Part shown: positions 21,027 through 30,444 of the stretch, piece after piece
How positions within the stretch are numbered: position 1 is the stretch's first letter
How the letters are laid out: every line of letters begins with the position of its first letter
Sequence record: SRR31156797_353
Length of the DNA: 57,505 nt
Reading direction: 5' to 3' (one strand)
The notes under the pieces: generated by a model
The model's database searches: none
What the model saw: the letters and a program-made list of their open reading frames with translations, nothing else
Told to the model about the DNA's origin: nothing
Program-made: the position numbers and the translations under genes

Positions 21027-21932
21027 GTGAATCAAGAAACATATCGTTCCGGAGTCGTAGCTATTATTGGTCCTCCCAACGCTGGAAAATCCACTTTGCT
21101 CAATCATTTGTTAGGGCAAAAAATTGCCATTGTTTCCAATAAACCGCAGACAACAAGAAACCGGATTTTGGGAATAGTAACCGGCGACAATTATCAGATG
21201 ATAGTATTGGATACCCCAGGGTTGCACAAGGCCAGGGACTTAATGAATAAGGAGATGATGAAAGTTGCCCTTGAAAGCCTTGGTGAAGCTGACCTTGTCC
21301 TTTTTATAGACGATAGTGCCGGGTTATCTGAAAAGTTGCTTGAAAAAAGAGAAGAAGAGTATCAGCAGTATTTTAACAATATTAACGTACCAACTTTACT
21401 GGCCCTTAACAAAATTGATTTGATAAAGCCGGAACAGTTGCTGCCGCTGACCAAATGGTATAGTGATCGACATGCCTTTGATGCAGTGGTACCCATTTCC
21501 GCACTCAAAGGGGCAGGCACGGATATCCTGGTTAAAGAAATGGTGAGCCGTTTACCAGAAGGACCAAAGTATTATCCGGACGATATCCCCACCGATGCCT
21601 CTGAACGGTTTATTGTTGCCGAGATAATAAGGGAGAAAATTTTCAGGCTTACCCGGGAAGAAGTTCCTTATTCAACTGCAGTGGTGATTGATTCCTTTGA
21701 TGAAAGCAATCCCTTGTCTGTTGTTATTCATGCAACTATAGTCGTTGAAAGAAGTACTCAGAAAGGTATTGTCATCGGCCATCGAGGGCAGATGCTTGCT
21801 ACTATACGTAAACAGGCAACAAAGGATATTGTAAACCTGCTTGGCTGTAAAGCCAGGTTGCAATTATGGGTAAAAATTAGGAAAAATTGGACCGACAATG
21901 AACACATACTCAGGGAATTTGGACTGAGTTAG
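21027..21932 (+). CDS. era: GTPase Era
   Basis: GPPNAGKS, PQTTR, DTPG, NKID, KH domain (REEVPY, QKGIVIG). Confidence 0.96.
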   Translation: MNQETYRSGVVAIIGPPNAGKSTLLNHLLGQKIAIVSNKPQTTRNRILGIVTGDNYQMIVLDTPGLHKARDLMNKEMMKVALESLGEADLVLFIDDSAGLSEKLLEKREEEYQQYFNNINVPTLLALNKIDLIKPEQLLPLTKWYSDRHAFDAVVPISALKGAGTDILVKEMVSRLPEGPKYYPDDIPTDASERFIVAEIIREKIFRLTREEVPYSTAVVIDSFDESNPLSVVIHATIVVERSTQKGIVIGHRGQMLATIRKQATKDIVNLLGCKARLQLWVKIRKNWTDNEHILREFGLS

Positions 21933-21985
21933 TGATTTTTTTTGGGGGGATCCCCCCCCCAAAAAAAAAGAAACCCTGTCTTTTG

Positions 21986-23356
21986 CTATTTGGTGTGCCC
22001 TTCCATTTTATCTCCGACTATCTCAAGGCTTTTCAGGATGATAAGGGCAGTTCGTAATTGGCTGTCTTTTTCAAGCTTTTTAGCGATCTCCCGCTGTTTA
22101 GGTGGAATGTCATCTATTGTTTCTAAAAATTCTTTCTCTGCTTGCAGCTTATCTTGGGTAGTGTTTGTGAAGTGGCCGGGGAGATCTTTTTCCCTGACCA
22201 GCGGAGTGGCGATATCTTTGGTTTTCTTTTGTGTCCCATGGGTGAGAGGAGCTTCGATATCTGGCTGGATACCTTTGGCCTGAATTGAGGTGCCGCTTGG
22301 GGTGTAGTACCTTGCCGTGGTGAGGCGTATCCCAGCTCCTCCCGGCATGGGGAGGACTGTCTGTACAGATCCTTTGCCAAAGGTTGTTGTCCCCAGGATG
22401 ATGGCTCGTTTGTTGTCTTGTAACGCTCCTGCTACGATTTCAGAACCGCTTGCTGAACCACCATTAACCAGAACAACCATGGGGAAATCGTTATTAGAAC
22501 CTCCGTTGTGGGCTTCAAATACCATCTGCTCTCTGCCGTCACGTCCCTTGGTTGAAACAATGATGCCATTATCAAGAAAGATATCTGCAATCTTTACCGC
22601 TTGGTCAAGCAGGCCTCCAGGATTATTGCGTAAGTCAAGTACAAGCCCGTTTATCGGGTTGTTTTTTGCAGCAGTACGTAGTGCCTTGCGAAAATCCCTC
22701 GTTGTAGCAGCCTGAAAGCTGGTAATGCGGGTGTAGAGAATTCCCGGTTCTAGAACAAGTGACTTGACCGAATGAAGCGGGATGATGTCCCTTTTAAGGG
22801 TTATTTCTCGCATTTCTTTCCATTTCTCTCGGTAAATGGTCAGTGTCACTTCGGTATTGATCTCCCCGCGTAATGATTTGACAACCTCCATCAGTGACAT
22901 ATTTTTGGTCAGCACGCCGTTGACACGAATAATTTGATCACCAGCCTGGAGGCCCTTTTCCGCGGCAGGTGTTCCTTCAATAGGGGCAACTATTGTGAGG
23001 ATATTGTCACGGACTGTAATTTCGATACCAATACCATTAAAGCTGCCTTGGGTTTCTTCTTGGAGCTCGCTAAAATCATCGGGCGACATATAAGAAGAAT
23101 GTGGATCCAGGGTATTAAGCATGCCATTGATGGCACCATTAATGATTTTTTCGGTGTCAACCTGATCAACATAATGTTGTTGGAGCAAGACGAGTACATT
23201 GGAAAAAATCTCGAGGTGCTGATAGGTATCGCGGTTGAGCTGACTGTCATCAGCCCGCGTTGTGCCTGCGCCAAAGTTCAATAATATGAAGAGCAGCGAG
23301 AGGCATATCCTTCTTTTTGTGAGGGCCGCATGTGGTGATAGTCGGGTAAGCTTCAT
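21986..23356 (-). CDS. ctpA: C-terminal processing peptidase, S41A (PDZ)
   Basis: LDPHS, GIGI, DLRNNPGG, SASGSEI, GKGSVQ; likely start ATG 23356 (the ORF extension overlaps envC). Confidence 0.92.
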   Translation of the reverse strand: MKLTRLSPHAALTKRRICLSLLFILLNFGAGTTRADDSQLNRDTYQHLEIFSNVLVLLQQHYVDQVDTEKIINGAINGMLNTLDPHSSYMSPDDFSELQEETQGSFNGIGIEITVRDNILTIVAPIEGTPAAEKGLQAGDQIIRVNGVLTKNMSLMEVVKSLRGEINTEVTLTIYREKWKEMREITLKRDIIPLHSVKSLVLEPGILYTRITSFQAATTRDFRKALRTAAKNNPINGLVLDLRNNPGGLLDQAVKIADIFLDNGIIVSTKGRDGREQMVFEAHNGGSNNDFPMVVLVNGGSASGSEIVAGALQDNKRAIILGTTTFGKGSVQTVLPMPGGAGIRLTTARYYTPSGTSIQAKGIQPDIEAPLTHGTQKKTKDIATPLVREKDLPGHFTNTTQDKLQAEKEFLETIDDIPPKQREIAKKLEKDSQLRTALIILKSLEIVGDKMEGHTK

Positions 23357-23489
23357 GGCGTTATGTGCTGCTTGCCTGTAATAGTAATAAAAAAGATTGA
23401 AAGCGTTTAAACTAACGGGAATGTATCTGCGACGCAATCCATATGTACCGAAATTCAACCGTGGGCAGGTATTACGCGGTAAACAGCCC

Positions 23490-24647
23490 TTATTGACGGA
23501 GACTGTCAGGCTGGAGCCAGAGTAAAGGGTTCTCTGGAGTTGATCCATGGCGGATTTCAAAATACAGCCCACGACCGAAAAGGGTGGCAATATCACCGGT
23601 AGTGCCTATCACCTGTTTGCTTTTTATTTTCATACCTTTTTTACTCCGGATGGAATCTAACCGTGAAGTAACTGTATAGTATTGGTGGCCATGGTCAATG
23701 ATAACTGTTTTACCGAATCCTTTCATATAACCGGCATATATAACTTTGCCGTCATATACAGCCTGTACCTTGGCACCGTCAACGGTCTTGATTGTTATAC
23801 CGTTACGCAGGGGGCTTTTCTCTGCACCATCAGGCTGAAATGTTGATTGCAGGGTCCCTTGGACAGGAACAGGAATTTTACCCTTACTAAGCAGGAAACC
23901 TTTACTTCGTTTTTCCTCCTTTTTCTTTAGTTGTATGATGGTGGCTGTTAAATCTCCTTCAGCCTTTTGCATTTCTTTGAGTGCCAGGGCATAGAGACTT
24001 TTTTTGTTTTTGGTCTGTTTTAAGAGGGTGTTTTTTTCAGATGCAATAAAATCAAGCGATTTCTTTTCTTCTTCAGCCTGTTGCAGGAAGTTCATTTTGA
24101 TTGATTTTTCAAGCTCATGAACCTGCTTAGCAATCTGGATTTGATTTTTTTTCTCTCTATACGCCTTGAAAATCTCTCGATCGTAGAGTATCAGGTTGTG
24201 AAAGGCGTCGTCAAAAAGCAACAGGTCTGGCAGGTTTTTTTGAGAAAAAGTTACCTTAAGGAAATTGGTTTTTCCCATGAAATAAAATGATCGTAATCGA
24301 TTAACCAAGTGGGCTTGGAGAGCGCTTTTTTCCTCGTCAACGGCTATAATTTCTTTTTCCCTGGCTTCAATGAGCGCATCTTGTTGTGCAACCTGTACTT
24401 CAATTGATGCTATTTTTTCCATCTGTTTTTCAATTCGGACATCAATGTCCTCTAGCTCATCAAGGATGTTTTTTTCCCTTTTATCACTCTGGACCACCTT
24501 GTCTTGGTGTCGCTCTATCTCCTTGCGCAGTTTGCCAATGCTAATTTTGTGCCTTTGGATAGGTTTAGTGCTGGCATTCTGGGCCAGGACCTGACTAGGA
24601 ATCGTGCAAAGCCAGATAAGGATGAGGAAGGCTGGGGAAAAATGCAT
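23490..24647 (-). CDS. envC: Murein hydrolase activator EnvC (coiled coil + degenerate M23)
   Basis: Signal peptide, long coiled coil, NGITI / LYFEIR M23-like tail; follows ftsEX. Confidence 0.85.
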   Translation of the reverse strand: MHFSPAFLILIWLCTIPSQVLAQNASTKPIQRHKISIGKLRKEIERHQDKVVQSDKREKNILDELEDIDVRIEKQMEKIASIEVQVAQQDALIEAREKEIIAVDEEKSALQAHLVNRLRSFYFMGKTNFLKVTFSQKNLPDLLLFDDAFHNLILYDREIFKAYREKKNQIQIAKQVHELEKSIKMNFLQQAEEEKKSLDFIASEKNTLLKQTKNKKSLYALALKEMQKAEGDLTATIIQLKKKEEKRSKGFLLSKGKIPVPVQGTLQSTFQPDGAEKSPLRNGITIKTVDGAKVQAVYDGKVIYAGYMKGFGKTVIIDHGHQYYTVTSRLDSIRSKKGMKIKSKQVIGTTGDIATLFGRGLYFEIRHGSTPENPLLWLQPDSLRQ

Positions 24648-24657
24648 AGATCGCTAA

Positions 24658-25545
24658 TTAGAGGCGCAGAGTCTGTCTGGCAGAAGAAAAACTGCCAAAG
24701 GCGCAGAGCAAGGTTGATGCTACGATCAAAATTATAACTATGGGCAGTGGAAGAAAAGAAAAGGGAAATAATTGAAAGAGACTGGAGCCCGAAAATTGAA
24801 GGATAATCCAATTGTAGAGCATATAGAGGGCTCCAATGCCCAGACTTGCCCCAATGAGTCCCTGGAGAGCACCTTCAAAAAGAAAAGGCATGCGGATATA
24901 ATTATCAGTGGCTCCTACAAGACGGAGGAGTTCGAGCTCTTTTTGCCTGGAAAGCAAGGTTAACCGAATGGTGTGGGCAACCATGAAAGTGGTGGTCATG
25001 ATCAGCAGAAAACCGGACAGGATAACAATGATTCGGATCAGCTGGATAAAGGAATAAAATCTTTCAATCCAGTCTTTGCCGTACTGTACCTTCAATACAC
25101 CCGGTAAAGTATACAGATAATCAGAGAACCTCTTGATCCGGGACAGACTGTCCAGAGTTTTAATAGGGTAGACTTCGATTGATGGCGGAAGGAAATCTTG
25201 CTGTATATCAAGTAAAATGTCCTTATCATCACCCAGCTGCTTTTCAAAACGGTCAAAGGCTGCTTGGCGGCTGACAAAAACAATTTGGTCCACGGCATCG
25301 AATTTTTTTATTTTTCGCCTGTATTCTTCCTGCAGGGGAGGGGAAGGGTCCTCGTCAAGATAAACTATAAGCCGCAGATCATCGCCTAATTCCTGGCCAA
25401 TATTAAGGGCGTTAAAGTACGAAAGGTAAAAAAAAGAAAAAATTAAGATGGAAAGAGAGACCGTGAACAGGGTCATGACCTGTGCCTTCCAGGTATGGAG
25501 CATGTTTCGGCCAGTATGTTGAAAAGCTGAAGATAAAAGGCTCAT
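24658..25545 (-). CDS. ftsX: Cell division permease FtsX
   Basis: 4 TMs, TIRL..R..E..LVGAT..YIR.PFL.EG. Confidence 0.92.
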   Translation of the reverse strand: MSLLSSAFQHTGRNMLHTWKAQVMTLFTVSLSILIFSFFYLSYFNALNIGQELGDDLRLIVYLDEDPSPPLQEEYRRKIKKFDAVDQIVFVSRQAAFDRFEKQLGDDKDILLDIQQDFLPPSIEVYPIKTLDSLSRIKRFSDYLYTLPGVLKVQYGKDWIERFYSFIQLIRIIVILSGFLLIMTTTFMVAHTIRLTLLSRQKELELLRLVGATDNYIRMPFLFEGALQGLIGASLGIGALYMLYNWIILQFSGSSLFQLFPFSFLPLPIVIILIVASTLLCAFGSFSSARQTLRL

Positions 25546-25557
25546 GAACAGGCGTGA

Positions 25558-26280
25558 TTAATTAATGGCTTGCATTGAAGCAACCGATTCAGGGGCTTGA
25601 GGAGTGTTTTGCTGACCGAACGCAAGTTGAATAACCCTATGTTGTTGGTTGAAGATCGACGTGTCATGGGTTGCGATCAGAAGGGTAGTGCCCTGTTGAT
25701 GGAGATCATCGAAAAGTGACATCACGCGCCCGGTTGTTTCAGCGTCAAGGTTGCCTGTGGGCTCGTCGGCAAGGATAATTTTCGGGTAGTTGGCAACTGC
25801 CCTGGCAATAGAAACGCGCTGCTGCTCTCCGCGAGAAAGCTCAGCAGCCGGGGTGTTGATTTTTGCCTGCAGTCCCAGTTGTTCCAGCAGTTCCCTGGTG
25901 CGTTTAATGATAAAGGAATTCTTGCGGTACACAACTTCCATGGAAACAGCAATGTTCGCTGCAACCGTTCGTTCAGGAAGTAATTTGAAATCCTGGTAGG
26001 CCATCCCTATTTTTCTTCTCAGGGAATACAGGTTACGCTTGGGTATTTTTGCGATGTCAAGCCCGTCTACCTCTACCATTCCCTTGGTAGGGAGTTCAAC
26101 TTTGCTGATAAGCTTGAGCAGTGTTGTTTTTCCTGCACCACTTCTGCCGGTAAGAAAGACCATCTCGCCTTTGTTGACCGAAAATGTAATGTCTGCCAGT
26201 GCCTGCACATCAGGAGCATAGATTTTGGTGACCTTAATAAGATCAATTATAATACTGGGGGCCTGTTCTTGCTGCTCCAT
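25558..26280 (-). CDS. ftsE: Cell division ATP-binding protein FtsE
   Basis: GRSGAGKT, QDFKLL, LSRGEQQR, ADEPTGNLD; start at 26280 or 26301. Confidence 0.92.
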   Translation of the reverse strand: MEQQEQAPSIIIDLIKVTKIYAPDVQALADITFSVNKGEMVFLTGRSGAGKTTLLKLISKVELPTKGMVEVDGLDIAKIPKRNLYSLRRKIGMAYQDFKLLPERTVAANIAVSMEVVYRKNSFIIKRTRELLEQLGLQAKINTPAAELSRGEQQRVSIARAVANYPKIILADEPTGNLDAETTGRVMSLFDDLHQQGTTLLIATHDTSIFNQQHRVIQLAFGQQNTPQAPESVASMQAIN

Positions 26281-26707
26281 CGCTACCTGGTGTTGTTTCA
26301 AGTGACTGAATTTTCATGTTTTGTTAGGTGTTTGCTGAAGAATTGCTGCACACTTACATATCCTGTCGTAAGCTGAGACCGACCGAGCTACACCATCGCG
26401 TGATGCATATATAGCTTAAACGCCCTGTTTTTCCCAGTAAAAACCATAAAGCAGAGACAGGGCTTACCCCTTCGACCGGAATTTTTGTGTGCAAAGTAAA
26501 CGTAGCGCAAAATATGAAATCCTACAGTAATGACACAAAAAATATTTACGAGGTCGTTCACTGGCTGGTATAAGGTTGCGGTGCACCTAACTGACCATGC
26601 CAATAATTTATTGCTAAGTGGGTTGTTGCATCTGACCACATCATTTTTACCCAAAAGTCTGCAACAATACAGAATTCACTTGTTTTGTTTTTATAAAGGA
26701 AAAAGTA

Positions 26708-27373
26708 ATGCGTTACAAAGCTGTTATTTTTGATTTGGACGGTACCCTGCTCGATTCACTTGCAGATTTAGCAAATTCTGGCAACAGGGTGCTTAAACAA
26801 CTTAACCTCGATCCCCATCCGACAGATGCATATCGTTATTTTGTGGGTGACGGTATGGCAACCCTTGTCGAACGATTTTTACCGGAAAATATGAAGACCC
26901 CTGCTTCCATAGCCCAAACAGTAGCTCTCTTTAAGGAAGACTATGCACAGAACTGGGATGTGGACACAGACATGTATCCTGGGGTTGCTGAAATGTTGGA
27001 TGAACTGACCCTGATGAAAGTCAAGCTTTGCATCCTTTCCAATAAGCCGGATGGATTTACCACGCTGTGTGTGGACAGATTGTTGCCAAAGTGGCAGTTC
27101 CATCCTGTGCATGGGCAGCGTGATCAGGTACCTAAAAAGCCGGACCCTGCAGGGGCACTGGAAATCATAGCACTGCTGGCAAAGGATGATATGGAGGCAA
27201 GTGAGATCATTTATGTTGGTGATACCGCAGTGGACATGCAGACAGCAGCCGGGGCCCACCTTGATAGTGTTGGAGTGCTCTGGGGGTTCAGAGATGCTGA
27301 AGAGCTGCAGCAAAATGGTGCCAAGTTTCTTGTCAACCATCCAAGAGAAATAGTCGATATCATACGTTGTTAA
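26708..27373 (+). CDS. HAD family hydrolase (phosphoglycolate phosphatase-like)
   Basis: FDLDGTL, SNKP, KKPDP, VGD...D motifs. Confidence 0.9.
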   Translation: MRYKAVIFDLDGTLLDSLADLANSGNRVLKQLNLDPHPTDAYRYFVGDGMATLVERFLPENMKTPASIAQTVALFKEDYAQNWDVDTDMYPGVAEMLDELTLMKVKLCILSNKPDGFTTLCVDRLLPKWQFHPVHGQRDQVPKKPDPAGALEIIALLAKDDMEASEIIYVGDTAVDMQTAAGAHLDSVGVLWGFRDAEELQQNGAKFLVNHPREIVDIIRC

Positions 27374-27433
27374 TTCTTGATCTCTTACTTCGTTTGTTAC
27401 CTCTTCCTTTACTTTTTTAGCAGGATCGTTGAT

Positions 27434-29035
27434 ATGCAATATTCAGATGTTATTTTTTTTGCCACCTACGCAGGACCACCAATTATTGGCGCTTTTATTG
27501 GCTATCTTACTAACCGGATAGCTATCCGAATGCTGTTTCGGCCACTTAAAGCGTGGCACATATTCGGTCTCCGCGTCCCCATGACTCCCGGCGTTATTCC
27601 GTCTAAAAGAGCTGAACTGGCAGTAAACATTGGCGAAATGGTTGGAGAACACTTGCTGACAAGTACGGAGATAGGCACAGCCCTTTCCAGGGAACCTTTT
27701 CAAGAACATCTCCATTCCCTGATAGATACACGTGTGCAAGCTGTTTTAAGAAAAGAGCTGGGTCCTGTCTCTTCATTTGTTCCCGAGCGGTTTCAGTCTT
27801 ATTTTAAAGTCGCCGTGCAGACCATGAAGTACCGCCTTGGTGTTGGCCTTGGGACTTTTCTTGCCAGTGAAAAGTGGCAGGGGGAGGTACACGCTTTCAT
27901 CGTTGAGCGGCTCGATGCCATGGGTGATAAAAAAATTAATCAACTCATCGCTCCTGAAACCAGAACCACCTTGTACAATGTGTTGGAAAGTGTGGTGCAA
28001 AATATTCTTGCAAGTCCGGCTGCCAGTTCCAAGCTTTCTGCCTTTATTCAGCGCTGGATTCAGGCGGAAGCAGATCAAGGGAAAACGCTCAAAGACCAAC
28101 TGCCGGACCAGGTTGTTGAGCTGCTGCATACAGCAATTCGCAAGAACACGCCTGCTTTGTTGGAGCAATTGGGACGGCAGCTGTCAGAACCCTTTATCCG
28201 TGAACGGATTATTACCGGTATCCTGGGTGGGGTAGATCATTTCATTGATTCCCTTGGCCCAATGGGAGCAATGGCACGTGGCATGATTGATATGGATTCG
28301 CTGCAAAGTACTGTTGATGTGTATCTAACAGATAAAGAGGACGATATTATCGGCTGGTTACAAGAACCGACCCTGAATGATCACCTGGGAAGCGTCCTTT
28401 GCAAACAGATGGACGCAGTGCTGGATCGTCCCCTTGGTGAGCTGCTCGAACAGGCAGGGGAGGGGAATGTGCAGGGAATTTGTGACGGTCTCGCAGAACA
28501 GGTGTTAGCCATGTTTGCCGCTCCTGGCAGGGGTGAAAACAGTATGTTGCAGGAGACCCTCGAAGGGTGGTGTCAACAGGGCGAGCTAACATTCCATGCT
28601 CTTGGTGAAAGAATATATGGAGGTGAGGAAACAGGAGAGATACGTGAACTCATTGCACGGCAAAGCCTGGATCTGCTGCAGTCGGCAAATATTGAAAATG
28701 TACTCCACATTCTAACCGACAGAGCCATTGATGTACTTCTTGAAAGACCTGTTGGTACTTTACATGCGGTTATACCGCAAGGCGTACAAAAGGGGGTGAC
28801 CGAGTACGTGGTCTTAACCACCAACACCATGCTGTTAAAAGAGGTTCCCGGATTAGTGGGTTCGTTGAATATTAGCGAGTTGGTCACAGAAAAAGTGAAC
28901 TCCCTTGATCTGTTAAAGCTGGAACGCCTTCTGCTGTCGATTATGGAAGAGCAGTTCAAATACATCAATCTTTTTGGGGCTCTTCTCGGTTTCCTTATTG
29001 GTTGTATAAATCTCCTTATTATAAGGATGGTTTGA
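27434..29035 (+). CDS. DUF445 family membrane-anchored protein
   Basis: IGYLTNRIAIRMLFRP N-terminus and INLFGALLGFLIG C-terminus. Confidence 0.85.
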   Translation: MQYSDVIFFATYAGPPIIGAFIGYLTNRIAIRMLFRPLKAWHIFGLRVPMTPGVIPSKRAELAVNIGEMVGEHLLTSTEIGTALSREPFQEHLHSLIDTRVQAVLRKELGPVSSFVPERFQSYFKVAVQTMKYRLGVGLGTFLASEKWQGEVHAFIVERLDAMGDKKINQLIAPETRTTLYNVLESVVQNILASPAASSKLSAFIQRWIQAEADQGKTLKDQLPDQVVELLHTAIRKNTPALLEQLGRQLSEPFIRERIITGILGGVDHFIDSLGPMGAMARGMIDMDSLQSTVDVYLTDKEDDIIGWLQEPTLNDHLGSVLCKQMDAVLDRPLGELLEQAGEGNVQGICDGLAEQVLAMFAAPGRGENSMLQETLEGWCQQGELTFHALGERIYGGEETGEIRELIARQSLDLLQSANIENVLHILTDRAIDVLLERPVGTLHAVIPQGVQKGVTEYVVLTTNTMLLKEVPGLVGSLNISELVTEKVNSLDLLKLERLLLSIMEEQFKYINLFGALLGFLIGCINLLIIRMV

Positions 29036-29198
29036 AGTGTGAGGACGTTAGCAAATTGCCCTCGTATTTTTAGTATTTGATACCTTAGGCTGCATCGTAT
29101 GAGAACCACAGGAATCAACCACGAGCCTGATATTTTACAAATAAAACTTCTTGTAACTATTTATCGAATAATAAATAACCTCGCTTTAACCTTGATCT

Positions 29199-29322
29199 GT
29201 AAATGTTCACCAGAACTCCTGATGCGTTCAATCAGTCTGGAAGACTATAGTAATGCTTTGTTTTCCTGCCTGAACGTGCGTGGAGTTAAGCGCAGACTCC
29301 GTGGGTGCTGCTGAATAGTGAC
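29199..29322. repeat. ~124-bp MITE/REP-like element of the GTAAC family
   Basis: Imperfect terminal inverted repeats gtaaatgttcacc / gctgaatagtgac; internal taagcgcagactccgtggg also occurs inverted at 30347-30369. Confidence 0.6.
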
Positions 29323-29484
29323 AACTTTTTAAAAGCTGCCGATCGCAAACACTGCTGCAGTGGCGTTAAGGAAATGTGTTTTTTGGAAAAACCAGACGTT
29401 TGTGTTGCCGAATAAATGATCCGTTATTGTAAGAGGGGATCATTTATTCGGCTTTTTATTAAAACCTTATTATCGGAGACAATC

Positions 29485-30261
29485 ATGAGGAAATTACTAC
29501 TTTTTTTAACATGCTGCATTCTGGTAACTGTAACAGCAAGTTTTGGTTATTCTCGCAGCCTTGATGAAATACTCTCCACAGGTGGTTTGAAAGTTGGCAC
29601 CACCGGTGATTATAAACCTTTCTCTTTTTACAATGATGGAAATTACGAAGGCTTTGATATTGCTGTAGCAAAAAGCTTTGCCACTAAGTTGGGAGTAAAG
29701 CTTGAATTGGTTAAAACCTCCTGGCCGACATTACTGGGTGACCTCAAAGAGGGCAAATATGATATCGGAATGAGTGGGATCACCCGCACGGTCAGCAGAC
29801 AGAAGGAGGCCCGTTTTTCTCAAGGTTATGTAATGTTTGGCAAAACGCCACTAGTTGCAGCAAGCAATGCCGAGAAGTATGTATCACTTGCTGATATAGA
29901 TAAAAAAGGTGTGAAAATTGGTGTGAACCCTGGTGGCACCAATGAAAAATTTGTCAAGGCAAATATTACTAATGCTGAAGTGATTCTGTATGACTCCAAT
30001 CTCGCGATTCCAAAAGCCATTGCGGCTCAAGAAGTGGATGTGATGATTACCGACAGCGTCGAGGCACTTTATTACGCCGCTGTAGACTCAAAACTGAGTG
30101 CTCCGATTGCCGATAAACCATTCACCCGCGCTGAACTTGGATATCTTATACCGGCTGGTGCCGAACGTTTGCAAGATACTGTCAACTTCATGATGGACCA
30201 AATGATCCTGAAAGGTGAAATGGGAACTTTGAAAAAGAAATATTTGCATATGGTTGAATAA
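29485..30261 (+). CDS. pheC: Cyclohexadienyl dehydratase / SBP_bac_3 family periplasmic protein
   Basis: Signal peptide, GTTGDYKPFS, NPGGTNEKF, DVMITDSVE as in PheC-like proteins; GGAGA RBS before ATG 29485. Confidence 0.72.
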   Translation: MRKLLLFLTCCILVTVTASFGYSRSLDEILSTGGLKVGTTGDYKPFSFYNDGNYEGFDIAVAKSFATKLGVKLELVKTSWPTLLGDLKEGKYDIGMSGITRTVSRQKEARFSQGYVMFGKTPLVAASNAEKYVSLADIDKKGVKIGVNPGGTNEKFVKANITNAEVILYDSNLAIPKAIAAQEVDVMITDSVEALYYAAVDSKLSAPIADKPFTRAELGYLIPAGAERLQDTVNFMMDQMILKGEMGTLKKKYLHMVE

Positions 30262-30332
30262 AGCGATCCGTATTAACCGTGGTGGTGCAACAGAGCTTTT
30301 AATGCGTTTGTCAAAGAAGTCTCTCCTGAAGC

Positions 30333-30385
30333 GTAACTGCTCAAACGCACCCCACGGAGTCTACGCTTATTTCTTCGAACGATCA
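30333..30385. repeat. Partial inverted copy of the GTAAC-family element
   Basis: gtaactgctcaaacgcaccccacggagtctacgctta is near-identical to the reverse complement of 29287-29322. Confidence 0.7.
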
Positions 30386-30444
30386 TAGTTTCCGGTATAG
30401 ATAGGCTGGCAGAGTCTTCGCTACTCTATGTTTGCTAGAGGAGC

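Noticed and set aside
23357-23596. N-terminal extension of ctpA in the ORF track
   Set aside because: Overlaps envC and lies upstream of the signal-peptide-like region; likely not translated.
26340-26700. Small ORFs and a hairpin (gccctgt...acagggc) between ftsE and the HAD gene
   Set aside because: No protein motif or RNA family recognised; consistent with a divergent promoter region.
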